The position numbers were made by a program, and so were the translations under genes. The notes under the pieces were generated by a model, which did not search any database, was not told where the DNA came from, and worked only from the letters and a program-made list of their open reading frames with translations. A stretch of DNA of 64,000 nucleotides from Spirochaetia bacterium (lineage in GTDB: Bacteria; Spirochaetota; Spirochaetia; DSM-27196; Salinispiraceae): contig JBBRCZ010000004.1 of assembly GCA_038204425.1 (NCBI GenBank), positions 96,001-160,000 of the forward strand, in the 5' to 3' direction. Position 1 is the first letter of the stretch, and every line of letters starts with the position of its first letter. Shown here piece by piece: positions 49,120-59,933 of this stretch.

Positions 49120-51729
49120 ATGAGAAAGTATCCTTTTCGCGAGATAGAAAAAAAGTGGCAGAATTATTGGGAAGAAAACCAAACCTTTAGAGTCGACGAG
49201 GACCCAAATGTCCCCAAGAACAAGCGCGCCTACGTTTTAGACATGTTTCCCTACCCTTCGGCGGCTGGTCTTCATGTCGGTCACCCAGAGGGCTATACCG
49301 CCACTGACATCTACTGTCGCTACTTGAGAATGAAGGGTTACAAGGTTTTGCACCCTATGGGCTTTGACTCGTTTGGGCTGCCGGCCGAAACCTATGCAAT
49401 TAAAACAGGCACTCACCCCAAAAAAACAACCGAAGAAAACATTGAGAAGTTCCGGCAGCAGATAAGAAGTCTAGGCTTTTCCTACGACTGGAACCGAGAG
49501 GTTTGCACCCACAATCCCGAGTACTACCGATGGACGCAGTGGATTTTCCTTAAACTCTGGGAAAAGGGACTGGCCTACATGGCAGAAATTCCTGTTTGGT
49601 ACTGTCCTGCCTTGAGCACAGTACTAGCCAACGAAGAAGTGCTCAACACGCCAGAGGGCCCCCGCAGCGAACGTGGCATGCACCCGGTGGATCGACGTCC
49701 ACTGCGCCAATGGATTCTCAAAATTACCGCCTATGCTGACCGCCTTTTGGAAGACCTCGATGGCCTTGACTGGCCAGAAAGCATTAAGACCATGCAACGC
49801 AATTGGATTGGTCGAAGTGAGGGAGCAAATGTGCGCTTTCCTCTGGCAAGTGGTTTTGGCAAATCAGGTGATTCTGTTGAGGTTTTTACTACTAGGCCGG
49901 ACACTTTATTTGGCGCCACTTACTTGGTGGTGGCACCAGAACACCGTTTAGTTGCAAGCATTACCAGTCAAGCCCAGAAAGCCAGCGTAGACGCTTATGT
50001 CGCCAAAACCAGCCTCAAGAGCGACCTAGAACGAACTGATCTTGGCAAAGAAAAGACCGGTGCATTTACGGGCGCCTACGCCGTTAACCCACTTACCAAA
50101 CAAGAAATCCCTATATGGATCTCCGACTATATACTGGCAAGCTATGGAACTGGTGCGATAATGGCGGTCCCCGCCCACGATAATCGCGACTGGCAATTTG
50201 CCAAAACCTTTGACCTCGCGATTGTTGAGGTTGTCGTTCCGCACATCGCAACAAGTCAAGGAAAAATTCCAAACGCAGACGGTGTGGGCGAGCGTTTTGT
50301 CGCCAGCGCGGATCAAACCTGTACTATGACTGCTTGCTATACCGAAGACGGCTTTGCAGTAAACTCAGGTGACTTCAACGGCCTTCCCACCGCTGACGCC
50401 AAGCAAAAAGTTGGCGAATGGCTCGAAAAAATCGGCATAGGTAAGCGAACAGTAAACTACAAACTGCGAGACTGGATTTTTAGTCGCCAACGTTATTGGG
50501 GCGAACCTATACCGCTAATCCATCTCGACGATGGAAGCATTGTTCCCGTTCCTTACGAGCAGCTCCCTCTACAACTACCCGAAGTAGAGTCTTTTAAGCC
50601 CACCGGAAGCGGCGACTCACCATTGGCCAAAGTTGAGTCCTGGCTCAGAGTAACCCTGCCAGATGGTCGAAGCGGGACACGTGAAACCAACACTATGCCG
50701 CAGTGGGCTGGAAGTTGTTGGTATTATCTACGTTATCTAGATCCGCATAACACAGAGACTTTTGCCGACCAAAAAAAAATCGACTACTGGTTGCCCGTCG
50801 ACTTATACGTTGGCGGCGCCGAACATGCCGTCTTGCACTTGCTGTACGCTCGCTTTTGGCACAAAGTTCTCTATGATATTGGGCTTGTCTCTTGCAAGGA
50901 GCCATTTCAACGATTAGTTAACCAAGGCATGATCACTTCTTTTTCGTATCAAAGGAAGGATGGCTCCTTGGTTCCAACTGACGAAGTCAGCGAGCAGGGC
51001 ACTGAGCAGTTTGTAGAAAAAGCCACCGGCGAGCTGTTGCAACGTGTGGTTGCCAAAATGTCAAAGAGTCTCAAGAATGTCGTTAATCCAGATGAGATTA
51101 TCCAAGAGTTTGGCGCGGATTCAATGCGTCTTTACGAGATGTTTATGGGGCCACTTACCATGTCAAAACCTTGGGCGAGCCAAGGCGTGGTTGGTATTCA
51201 CCGTTTTCTCGACCGTGTTTGGCGCTTGTCAGAAAAAACAATGGACCGAGGACCCGCACCCAAAGAGCTGATGAGAGTTCTTCACAAAAGCATCAAAAAA
51301 GTAGACGACGATAGCAAAAACTTGGATTTTAATACTGCCATTAGCCAAATGATGATTTTAGTCAACGAAATGTACAAACACGACATTGTTTACCTGCAAA
51401 TCATGGAGCCCTTCTTGCTTATCCTCGCTCCTTATGCCCCTCATATCGCCGAGGAACTTTGGCAAATGATAGGACACTCAGAAAGCTTGGCATTTGCCAA
51501 ATTTCCTGACTTTGATCAAAATCTAGTGCTTGATGACGAACTAACAATAATAGTCCAAGTTAACGGAAAACTGCGTTCTGAGTTTAGAGTTTCTAGGGGA
51601 ACCAGTGCTGCTGAGCTTGAGGCACTTGCACTCAAAGATGAAAAAATAGCAGTTCATTTGCTTGGTAAAAAGCTGCTAAAAGTGATTGCTGTAGTCGATA
51701 AAATAGTCAATTTGGTTGTTGCCGGATAG
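49120..51729 (+). CDS. leuS: Leucine-tRNA ligase
   Basis: [48 protein letters not shown]. Confidence 0.98.
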   Translation: MRKYPFREIEKKWQNYWEENQTFRVDEDPNVPKNKRAYVLDMFPYPSAAGLHVGHPEGYTATDIYCRYLRMKGYKVLHPMGFDSFGLPAETYAIKTGTHPKKTTEENIEKFRQQIRSLGFSYDWNREVCTHNPEYYRWTQWIFLKLWEKGLAYMAEIPVWYCPALSTVLANEEVLNTPEGPRSERGMHPVDRRPLRQWILKITAYADRLLEDLDGLDWPESIKTMQRNWIGRSEGANVRFPLASGFGKSGDSVEVFTTRPDTLFGATYLVVAPEHRLVASITSQAQKASVDAYVAKTSLKSDLERTDLGKEKTGAFTGAYAVNPLTKQEIPIWISDYILASYGTGAIMAVPAHDNRDWQFAKTFDLAIVEVVVPHIATSQGKIPNADGVGERFVASADQTCTMTACYTEDGFAVNSGDFNGLPTADAKQKVGEWLEKIGIGKRTVNYKLRDWIFSRQRYWGEPIPLIHLDDGSIVPVPYEQLPLQLPEVESFKPTGSGDSPLAKVESWLRVTLPDGRSGTRETNTMPQWAGSCWYYLRYLDPHNTETFADQKKIDYWLPVDLYVGGAEHAVLHLLYARFWHKVLYDIGLVSCKEPFQRLVNQGMITSFSYQRKDGSLVPTDEVSEQGTEQFVEKATGELLQRVVAKMSKSLKNVVNPDEIIQEFGADSMRLYEMFMGPLTMSKPWASQGVVGIHRFLDRVWRLSEKTMDRGPAPKELMRVLHKSIKKVDDDSKNLDFNTAISQMMILVNEMYKHDIVYLQIMEPFLLILAPYAPHIAEELWQMIGHSESLAFAKFPDFDQNLVLDDELTIIVQVNGKLRSEFRVSRGTSAAELEALALKDEKIAVHLLGKKLLKVIAVVDKIVNLVVAG

Positions 51730-52498
51730 ACAAATCAAGGTAGCTAAATTGCCACTTGCTAGCTGGATCCTGTTTAACGTCGACAATCCTTAGACGCTGT
51801 TCTTGCCCGGTCGACAAAAGAAGGTTCCAACCCTGATACAACTGTGCAGGGCTGGCGCTGCTGGCATCTTTAAAGCCTTGACTAAGCTCTAATGGTAAGG
51901 TGTCTGCTAAAAGCCGAGTTTTGAGCTTATAGACAGTCATCTGCCTTTGCGCTATTGACTCAAGCGCGGACTCTTGGTCACAGTTAATTGTATTGAGTGC
52001 CTTGTTTCTTACCGTGTCCAAGAGCTTAGCTCGGTTGAAATCACCCTGGTCTATGCCCGCTTCGTTAAGCGTAAAGAGCAAGCGTGCCACCAGTCCTGCT
52101 TGTTTGCTTACCTTTAACAACTTGGACTCAGAAATCTGTTCTTGACCCCATGGCCAAACTAATCCCCAGGATGCGAGTTCAAAACTTTGGCCGCCGAGGT
52201 AAATTTTGGGCACTATGAGCAGACAATAGCCTTGCTCGTTGGCAAGGTTTAGGTCCAACTCTAGGTCTTCAAGTTGCCCACTATTGAGGTCCGCTTGACG
52301 AGTCTGCCCGTCGCCGCTGGTGTAACGACAGTCAAAACGAATGACCGACATCCACTCGCGGCACTCAGCTTTAAGTTCCGTCAAAGAAAGAGTGTAAGTG
52401 GAGCTTGCATATGAAACCAAGCTGCAGCTGCTGGCAAACCCACAGAGGGTGAGCATCATCACTGTAATCAGACTCAGAGTTGTGGCTTTTTTTATCAT
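51707..52498 (-). CDS. Hypothetical lipoprotein
   Basis: Basic N-terminus, hydrophobic stretch, FASSC lipobox-like. Confidence 0.6.
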   Translation of the reverse strand: MIKKATTLSLITVMMLTLCGFASSCSLVSYASSTYTLSLTELKAECREWMSVIRFDCRYTSGDGQTRQADLNSGQLEDLELDLNLANEQGYCLLIVPKIYLGGQSFELASWGLVWPWGQEQISESKLLKVSKQAGLVARLLFTLNEAGIDQGDFNRAKLLDTVRNKALNTINCDQESALESIAQRQMTVYKLKTRLLADTLPLELSQGFKDASSASPAQLYQGWNLLLSTGQEQRLRIVDVKQDPASKWQFSYLDLSIRQQPN

Positions 52499-52568
52499 TG
52501 AAAGATTCTACCTATAAAACTTTCAATCTAATTTGCTGTTTCTGGTTTTTTTTCATTACAATGGAGAT

Positions 52569-53987
52569 ATGAATAATGCTCCGGAATTAATTCTTGAACT
52601 AATCGAAGCCTACGATAAAAAACTTCAAGAACTTGACAGATTTCTTCTCCCAGCGATTAAGGACAATTTTTTGTTGTTTCAGGCCGTTTTCAGATCTTTT
52701 TATGAGCTTCTCTTGCAAAAAGGGGTCATGAAGCCCGACCCGTACAAGAACGAGCGCCACTTGTCTGACATCTATATTCCTGAAATCCTACTCCTTACTG
52801 ATAACGAAATTGAAGAACAGCTTCCCATAAAAATAGCTGAGTATGATAATCTGCTAGACTTTCTCAACAACTATACCCAGTTTAAATCAGCGAGCATGGG
52901 TCTAAAGCGAATCAAAATTGTGTCGTCAATTGTTCGTTATGTAGAATGGGGCAAACTTACTCCTGCCAACCCTCAGTCAATAACCAAAGGACTAGCCAAC
53001 ATCGTCGAGAAAGCAAGAAATGGTAACGAAGCCATGGTAACAGCGTCGATCCAATCTTCACATAACAAGCTTGATCAAACATCAAAAGAAATAATGCGCC
53101 AACTCAAAGCATTGGCTGATTTCAAGCGCGAAGAATACAAACTCTTCATTAGACAAAGAATCGTTCAGCACTTTCCTGTTTTCCATACTGACATTAACAA
53201 AGAAGAGTTTCTAAAACAGGTCAAGAATCAATTTACGCGCGCTATGGAAGGAGAAGCCTTTTTTCCAGAGTTAATTCAAGAGCTCTATGAAGAAATCTAC
53301 CTTGCTGACCCAGAAAGCACCAAACATAATTTACTTGAAAAACTAAAACCCGACGAGCAAAAAAAGAAGAAAAGCGAGTCTCATCAGGCGCTCAACTTGA
53401 GAGATATCCTGATGGAAGGTGTGCGACACTTGGGTGGGTCTAGTCGTCATTTGGACGATGCTCTAATCAGACTTAAGGAAAGCCAGGAAATTCTTCAATC
53501 GAGGCCGCGAACTTTCATGGAAAAATTTAAGCTGTGGATAGTTTCATTGTCGCAAGGCAAACAGAAAGATGAAATATTTGAGGTTGAACTTGTTGACCCT
53601 CATACCACCATGAAAAGGCTAGTCAAGATTAATTTCACGACCTATAGTCAGGAACTTAGCCGGCGTGCGAAATTTTTTACTTCGCTTATGGTCAGAACAA
53701 GCGCAAACTATGTAAAACTGGAAACTAGTCCGGAGGATCAGATTTACAGCATGTTAGAAAAAAATTTGGCTGAACTTAAGGGCTTTCACGACCATTTGGA
53801 CGCTGTAGACACCTACTTTAAATCAGAAGCCCCCGGTTTGGAACGCAGTAAGATGCACGGTATCAAGGTAGAACTAAGCAACATCAAAAACAGTATTGCT
53901 CTCGTCAATCAAAAAATGCACGAGTACGTTGCCCGTAAGGATGAAAAGGACCAATTAAAGAAACTTGGCATTGGAACAGACGAATAG
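52569..53987 (+). CDS. Conserved hypothetical alpha-helical protein
   Basis: Long helical ORF; start ATG 52569 follows TACAAT. Confidence 0.75.
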   Translation: MNNAPELILELIEAYDKKLQELDRFLLPAIKDNFLLFQAVFRSFYELLLQKGVMKPDPYKNERHLSDIYIPEILLLTDNEIEEQLPIKIAEYDNLLDFLNNYTQFKSASMGLKRIKIVSSIVRYVEWGKLTPANPQSITKGLANIVEKARNGNEAMVTASIQSSHNKLDQTSKEIMRQLKALADFKREEYKLFIRQRIVQHFPVFHTDINKEEFLKQVKNQFTRAMEGEAFFPELIQELYEEIYLADPESTKHNLLEKLKPDEQKKKKSESHQALNLRDILMEGVRHLGGSSRHLDDALIRLKESQEILQSRPRTFMEKFKLWIVSLSQGKQKDEIFEVELVDPHTTMKRLVKINFTTYSQELSRRAKFFTSLMVRTSANYVKLETSPEDQIYSMLEKNLAELKGFHDHLDAVDTYFKSEAPGLERSKMHGIKVELSNIKNSIALVNQKMHEYVARKDEKDQLKKLGIGTDE

Positions 53988-53993
53988 CGAGCT

Positions 53994-55067
53994 TTACAGC
54001 GCCTTTGGGTAGACTCCTAAGAGTTTAATGTGATCAGCTACCGCAGACAATTGTTGCAAAGCTTGCAAAAAATCATCAACCGCGGTGCCGATGTCCAGAT
54101 CAAGGTAAAAACTATACTCCCAAGGCTTTCCGTGTATCGGCCGAGATTCAATCTTGCACAAATTTAGTTCTTTTTCACCAAGTATCTGCATAGCCTGCAA
54201 GAGAGCACCGGGTTTGTGCGGAAGACTAAAAACGATTGATGCTTTAAATGATTGTTCTGCTATTTTTACCGGAAGATTCTCATCATTCTGACGAGCCAAG
54301 ACCACAAAGCGCGTAAAGTTTTTTTGGTTAGTCTCTATGCCTTCTGCCAAAACTGGCACGCCGTAGATTTCCCCAGCTCGTACGCCAGCAATTGCCGCAT
54401 TTGTTTTGTCACCGGTATCGCGAATATGTTCCACAGAACCAGCTGTATCATAGAATGGAATTTGCTCCCAACTGGGGTAGTCAGCAAGAAAAGCTGCACA
54501 CTGTAAGAGCCCTTGTGGATGAGAATAAACGTGCTTGATATCTGAGAGGCTGGCACCCGGGAGTCCAAATAGGTGATGCCGTATGCGGACTAATAGTTCG
54601 CCAACTATGGTCAACTGAGGAAAAGCCAAGAGTAGATCATAGTTTTCGTGGATAGAACCAGTAAGCGCATTTTCGATAGGCAGTACAGCAAAACGGGATT
54701 TACCGCTGTTAACGGCTTCAAAAGCGTCCCTAAACTGCAAACATGGTAGGAACTGCGTGTCCTGCGATGAAAAAAACTGCTTGATTGCCATTTCACTATA
54801 GGCCCCTCGCGCACCTTGAAAAGCAATCAAATGTGGCTCTTGCCAAGAAGATTGTTGCAATACCAACTGTTTAAGCATCGCATATACGGCCGGATGGTCG
54901 AGTTCGACAATTGGACTAACCGTGCTTAAAACTTCTGCGACAGCTTGCACATTTTTGACACAGTACCAAACTTGCCTGTCTGAATAAGCCCTGCTTACAA
55001 AGCCAATAGATGACAAGTTGGACTCGTCTAGTTTGGAAAATTGACCTGGAAGCGACAGAAAAATCAT
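53994..55067 (-). CDS. pheA: Prephenate dehydratase (PDT+ACT) with extra N-terminal segment
   Basis: IAFQGARGAYSE, LPIENALTGSI, YSHPQGL.QC, NFTRF, KPGAL, KIESRP. Confidence 0.9.
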   Translation of the reverse strand: MIFLSLPGQFSKLDESNLSSIGFVSRAYSDRQVWYCVKNVQAVAEVLSTVSPIVELDHPAVYAMLKQLVLQQSSWQEPHLIAFQGARGAYSEMAIKQFFSSQDTQFLPCLQFRDAFEAVNSGKSRFAVLPIENALTGSIHENYDLLLAFPQLTIVGELLVRIRHHLFGLPGASLSDIKHVYSHPQGLLQCAAFLADYPSWEQIPFYDTAGSVEHIRDTGDKTNAAIAGVRAGEIYGVPVLAEGIETNQKNFTRFVVLARQNDENLPVKIAEQSFKASIVFSLPHKPGALLQAMQILGEKELNLCKIESRPIHGKPWEYSFYLDLDIGTAVDDFLQALQQLSAVADHIKLLGVYPKAL

Positions 55068-55103
55068 AGCCCACCTCCGCTCTTCTCGTTTATCAGATTA
55101 TCT

Positions 55104-55850
55104 CTATTCTTCTTTATCAGACTCACTCGTGGCACCCTGACTAAAATAGTCGGTAATATAGGTCTTAAACTGTTTGAATAAACTGTTCTGATAGCGATGT
55201 ATGTTGCGTATATATGCTTGAGTTGACACTGGGATGCTACCAGTGCTGACCCTTCCAAGGCCAGCGTTATAAATTGCTAACGCAGTGTCTTGATCATTTT
55301 TGGCCTGCTTTAGGCACCAGTTTAAATGTTGAACACCGTGCCTCGCATTGACGTCAATATTAAAAAAATCGTCATTCTCAAGACTTGGGAAAGACCGGTT
55401 GTTAAGCTGAAACAAACCGCGGTCGACTGAACTTGGATTGTTGTTAACAGCTAGAGGAACAAAGCGGCTCTCGTGATAGACAAGTGAAAAAGACAAAATA
55501 GGATCTATTTGGAACTTGTCAGAATAGTAAAGAGTGACTAAGGCGACTTCCTCAGCACCAGTTAGCTTGACAAAAAAATCAATTACTTTGTCTCTGCTGG
55601 CAGGATGCCTATACAAAAACAAAACAAGGTCTTTTTTATTGTTTAGGTCAATTTCGGTAATGCGAAGACCAAGACCGCGACCCTCAATTGCCTGGCCTTT
55701 GATTGGCATGTTTACTGGAGTCGCCATACTTTTGCGAGAAAGCCTGCTTTCGGACTGCCTTAGGCTAAGATTTGGTCGGGATAGATTGGAAAATGGAGTG
55801 CTTCCGCTCAACAAGAATACGGCAAAAATGATATAGATTAGACGATTAAT
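55104..55850 (-). CDS. Exported lytic transglycosylase (SLT domain)
   Basis: LVYHESRF (catalytic Glu), DRGLFQLN, ALAIYNAG; probable ATT start at 55850 (track start TTG 55814). Confidence 0.85.
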   Translation of the reverse strand: MNRLIYIIFAVFLLSGSTPFSNLSRPNLSLRQSESRLSRKSMATPVNMPIKGQAIEGRGLGLRITEIDLNNKKDLVLFLYRHPASRDKVIDFFVKLTGAEEVALVTLYYSDKFQIDPILSFSLVYHESRFVPLAVNNNPSSVDRGLFQLNNRSFPSLENDDFFNIDVNARHGVQHLNWCLKQAKNDQDTALAIYNAGLGRVSTGSIPVSTQAYIRNIHRYQNSLFKQFKTYITDYFSQGATSESDKEE

Positions 55851-56122
55851 TTTTAACTCCTGGGACGTTTGTTAACTTTGTAGGGAAACTGTACTCCTTT
55901 AACTATTCCAATCCAATAAAAAAATTATTACGATTATACTGATTAGCAAACTGAGCTTCCACAAGATGACTGATAATCGACAATATTATCATAAATTTTG
56001 TCCACGGCACTACGTATGAAGTATACGAAACGGGTCTTAACTGATGATAATCACGGATCAATTGAGAAATAACCCGGAAAATCGCCACAATTGCGCTAAG
56101 TTATAGTGATAAGGAGCGGACG

Positions 56123-57334
56123 ATGCAGCTTGCCCCAGACGCTGAAACTCAAAATCAAAGCAAAGTTCTCCAACAAGCGAGGGCTATAACCTTTCCGCCG
56201 GGTTCGATTGCTCAATTAGCTAACAACCGTTCCTATGTTGGACAAGACGCCAATTTGCTTGATCTTTCCGACGACTTGATGTCAAAGCAAGAAATTCAAG
56301 TTGTGGCAGTCGTCGATCGCGAAAGCAATTCGATAATTGGTATTGTCCAGCGCAAGATCATATTTGATCTTCTGGGTCGACCTTTTGGTAGGGATGTGAT
56401 TAAGGAAGAGTTTGTGAGCAAGATTGCATTGCCGGCCCAAAGCTTTCGTTACGATCAGAACATACTGGCAGTTCTTGAGTCGCTAACGATAGCAAAGGAC
56501 CCGGAACCCAGTTATTTTGCTGTTGAATCTGAAACGGGGGAGTTCTTAGGCACTTTTTCATCGTATGATCTATTGTTGCATGTCTCTGAACTAAGCAAGC
56601 TTGACCTGGAGTTTGTTACGGCTATTCAGGATCGCATCTTTCAGAATCCCTCGCAGCTCAAGAGTCAGAGTTCTGAGCTTGTTTTCACCAATAGGGCAAA
56701 AGCTAATCTTGGCACTGACTTTTGTTACTCAAAAGAATACCTTCCTGGCCGTCTTGCGTTGGCACTCACCAAAGTTTTTGGTCAGGGTCTGAGTAGATCA
56801 CTCAGCTCAATGACCTTGTGGGGAATTGTTAGAACATTTGATTTTAGGCGCGGTGTTCATAACTTCGTCACATCACTTGAGAGCTTCTCTCAAGAATGCT
56901 TTGGCGAAAAACAAGCAGCTGGTGGTTTTTTTGCTGATCTTGACACATCTAGCGGAGAGCTTTTGGTTTGTGATAGAAACCACGGGTCTGCTTACCTGCT
57001 ACGTGACGACAAACTTCTCAAGCTAAAATCTATTGCCAACAACGAACCAAGCGACCAAGCAAATTCAGACAAGCTAGCCGTTTTTAGCTTTGGGCTTCAA
57101 GACAACGACCTCTTGATTATTATTGGCCCCAAGCACCTATCAAACCAATCGTCAGAATCAAACCCAGAGGATTTGGAAAACCTAAAAAAAGCTTTGCTTC
57201 AAAAGACTTCAACTAGTGTTAATGACCTTGCTAAAGATTTAGTGGCCAAGAGGAGAGTAACTGATTTACATTCTCCAATTGGCCAAGATCAAAACTTTAT
57301 ATTGCTGCGCTACCGTTCACTAAGGTCTTTGTGA
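56123..57334 (+). CDS. CBS-pair + degenerate SpoIIE/PP2C domain protein
   Basis: CBS-like VAVVD...IGIVQR and FAV..GEFLGTFS; PP2C-like C-half lacking catalytic Asp residues; SD AAGGAG. Confidence 0.7.
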   Translation: MQLAPDAETQNQSKVLQQARAITFPPGSIAQLANNRSYVGQDANLLDLSDDLMSKQEIQVVAVVDRESNSIIGIVQRKIIFDLLGRPFGRDVIKEEFVSKIALPAQSFRYDQNILAVLESLTIAKDPEPSYFAVESETGEFLGTFSSYDLLLHVSELSKLDLEFVTAIQDRIFQNPSQLKSQSSELVFTNRAKANLGTDFCYSKEYLPGRLALALTKVFGQGLSRSLSSMTLWGIVRTFDFRRGVHNFVTSLESFSQECFGEKQAAGGFFADLDTSSGELLVCDRNHGSAYLLRDDKLLKLKSIANNEPSDQANSDKLAVFSFGLQDNDLLIIIGPKHLSNQSSESNPEDLENLKKALLQKTSTSVNDLAKDLVAKRRVTDLHSPIGQDQNFILLRYRSLRSL

Positions 57335-57342
57335 GGCGGCTT

Positions 57343-59031
57343 TTACTCAGTCCATACTTCGAGATTAGAAAACTGAGCAGTATCTAAGGTACGCAAGGCC
57401 ACTTCAACACCTTCATTGACACCAAACCAAGTTTTGTAGCGAACTTTTTCGACGCCATTTACTGCAATGGTTATGTACTCTTGGTTAGGCTGATAGAGAA
57501 CTTCAATATCCAAGTCTTCACCAATGTGTTCAGGAATTGCAGCATCGAGTACCCGACCCATGTTTATATCATCATCTGATTTGTAAACTTGCAAATAAGT
57601 TCGATTGTTTTTGTAGTGCTCTGGATCGCGAGTCAGCCATACCAAGAGGCTTCGGCCTTGGCCATAACCTCGTTTGCTCGAACCTGTTGAGAAAAGATGG
57701 AGACCAGCACCCACCCATGCTTTTCCTGTAGACTTGAGCGTAAATTTGTACAAGGTATTCTTCTTGCTCTGTTCCAGGGGAATTTTTAGCTGCGAAAAAT
57801 ATTGGCGAGCATCGATCTGCTCCGCAAGATTTGGACTGACTTTCCAGCGACCAATAATTGACTTGGCCTGATCAAAACCAGCAAGAATCTGATTCTTTAG
57901 ACTGGGTTTTAGCAGTGCCAAGTAACCGTCTCTCAGCAACGTTTCTCGTAGGCTTTGTTCTAAGGTATTACGCTCAGCCATTAGACGTTCATTTTCTTTC
58001 TGCAAGTCTTTAATCTGTTGTTCGAGCTCTGGATTGGCGGTGCCGTTGCCGGCCGAAACAGGCTGTGGTCCATCGGAATCGCTCACCAATCTGGAACTGG
58101 TACCGTCGATTCTTCTTCCCAGTTCCAAGACTTGTGCTTGCAATTTGTCTATTGAAGACTCAATGCGACTTAATACACCTTGATCGTCGCTTGCACCTTC
58201 ACTCTGAACCCTGGCGTCCCTTTGAACCACGTGAGCAGTCTCAAGTGTCGTTTGAGTAGTGGTGTTGGCCAGAATTATTTGTTCCAATTCCAGCTTAGCC
58301 TGTCGCATTGACTCAAACTCACCCTTAAGCCCATCTAATTCCTGAACCAAGACTTGATTTCTTTGGTTGAGCTCGCCGACCTTATTGAGAAGATCGCCGC
58401 GTTCGTAAGCAGCTCGCTCTTTTTCGGTTTCCAAACTTCCAATTTTGGCAAGTGTCTCCTGATTTATGCGGCGCAAATCGGAAAGGTCTGTCTCACTCGC
58501 TTCAAGTCGCGCAATCTCGTCTTTGTAAGCCTCTGAGCCTGCCTGACGTGCGCGTCTGAGCGATGAACCTATCAAAGTTCCGGCTTCTAATACTGGATTG
58601 ATTTTGAGAGCTCTGTCGCCAGTGAAACTAACGATGGTTCGGTACGGCTTGCCGTCGACCAAGATTCCGTCAAGTTCAAGTTGACCATCAGACAAGCTAG
58701 TCAATCGGGCAAATTCGAAGACGCTGTTTTTTGGAAACACATTCTCACCCTCTTGTGTTACCTCTAAAAGAATCCAACTTTCTTCATTGTCTTTCTTAAA
58801 AAGCAAAGAATAGTTCTCGTTATTCTTCTTCACATTTCGCAAGTAAATGGCCGCGGGTCCTGCAAGACTTACCTGGGCATCAGAAAAATCCAGCTCTTGC
58901 AGTCGAATATCTTGCAAGAGACTCGTCAGTTCGCTGGGCGGAACAACTTGCTCGCCAATTGGGGTATCTTGAGCAAGTAATGAATTATTCAAGAGTAAGA
59001 AGATCAAAGAACCTATTAAAACGTATCGCAC
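57343..59031 (-). CDS. Exported protein with long coiled coil and C-terminal beta-sandwich-like domain
   Basis: GTG 59031 after GGAGG gives signal peptide MRYVLIGSLIFLLLNNSLLA; heptad-rich middle; beta-rich C-terminus. Confidence 0.75.
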   Translation of the reverse strand: MRYVLIGSLIFLLLNNSLLAQDTPIGEQVVPPSELTSLLQDIRLQELDFSDAQVSLAGPAAIYLRNVKKNNENYSLLFKKDNEESWILLEVTQEGENVFPKNSVFEFARLTSLSDGQLELDGILVDGKPYRTIVSFTGDRALKINPVLEAGTLIGSSLRRARQAGSEAYKDEIARLEASETDLSDLRRINQETLAKIGSLETEKERAAYERGDLLNKVGELNQRNQVLVQELDGLKGEFESMRQAKLELEQIILANTTTQTTLETAHVVQRDARVQSEGASDDQGVLSRIESSIDKLQAQVLELGRRIDGTSSRLVSDSDGPQPVSAGNGTANPELEQQIKDLQKENERLMAERNTLEQSLRETLLRDGYLALLKPSLKNQILAGFDQAKSIIGRWKVSPNLAEQIDARQYFSQLKIPLEQSKKNTLYKFTLKSTGKAWVGAGLHLFSTGSSKRGYGQGRSLLVWLTRDPEHYKNNRTYLQVYKSDDDINMGRVLDAAIPEHIGEDLDIEVLYQPNQEYITIAVNGVEKVRYKTWFGVNEGVEVALRTLDTAQFSNLEVWTE

Positions 59032-59168
59032 AACATGCCTCCACAGAAAAGCTTCCTTCTTGTATCTCGGCATTTCGGCCAGTTTTGTTAGAAAATACGT
59101 GATAGATTGCGTTATGATTGGATAAGTGACATATTGTAAACTAGGTGAAAAGGGCACCAACCTGCTAC

Positions 59169-59933
59169 ATGAGTTTTGAAGCCGAAAAAGTAATTCAGTC
59201 CGTCTTGGAGTTCTACTATTCTTCAGGGATTATATCCTCCAAAAGTGACACCATATCAGTCAAGGTAGAGGGATCAAATAGCTTTATTGGCAACCGCCAA
59301 CACTATGAACAAATCCTGTTTTTTGTCTTTGGACATCTACTGCCCGAGTTCATAACACCAGTCATTAGGGTTTCGTCACAAATCAATCCGCTGGCACTGC
59401 TAAAGACCAGCTTTCTCTTACCCGGCACCAGTGGAGCTGCCCGTGATCAATTGATGACAACAATCGAGGAAGACCGAAGACTCAAGAAGCTACTCAAGCT
59501 CGCCGGTGCGGAAACTACCATTGTCGAGGACGAGGGGCAAGCTGTTGTCGTTTTGTTTCCCGTTGAATCCGTTCTGCAGCTTGGAAGTGAGCCAGTTGTC
59601 AATGTGTCGGAACTCAAGACTCGCTATGACAGCAAGGAGATAGCCCTAACCTTGCTCGAAGGTTTTGTGATGAACTCTCGCCGTCATCTGACCCTATTGA
59701 TCAATGCCATAAGCAAAGATGATTGGCAAGAAGCCCATAGACATGCCCACGCATTAAAAGGCGGAGCGCTAAATGTCTGTGCCGAAGCTATTGTTCAACG
59801 TGCAAAGTCGATAGAAATTGCTATAAAAGACCAACATTACGATATTTTAAAACAGGCAATTCAGGCTTTAGAGACTGCGTGCTCTGATTTGGAGTCGACT
59901 TGGTCAGATTATAGGGAGGAACTGAATGGCTAG
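59169..59933 (+). CDS. Hpt domain protein with degenerate HATPase-like N-terminus
   Basis: AHRHAHALKGGALNVCA Hpt motif; start uncertain (59145 or 59169). Confidence 0.8.
   Translation: MSFEAEKVIQSVLEFYYSSGIISSKSDTISVKVEGSNSFIGNRQHYEQILFFVFGHLLPEFITPVIRVSSQINPLALLKTSFLLPGTSGAARDQLMTTIEEDRRLKKLLKLAGAETTIVEDEGQAVVVLFPVESVLQLGSEPVVNVSELKTRYDSKEIALTLLEGFVMNSRRHLTLLINAISKDDWQEAHRHAHALKGGALNVCAEAIVQRAKSIEIAIKDQHYDILKQAIQALETACSDLESTWSDYREELNG

Noticed and set aside
55903..56088. 61-aa minus-strand ORF upstream of the transglycosylase
   Set aside because: No SD or motif; AT-rich intergenic DNA holding promoter-like elements
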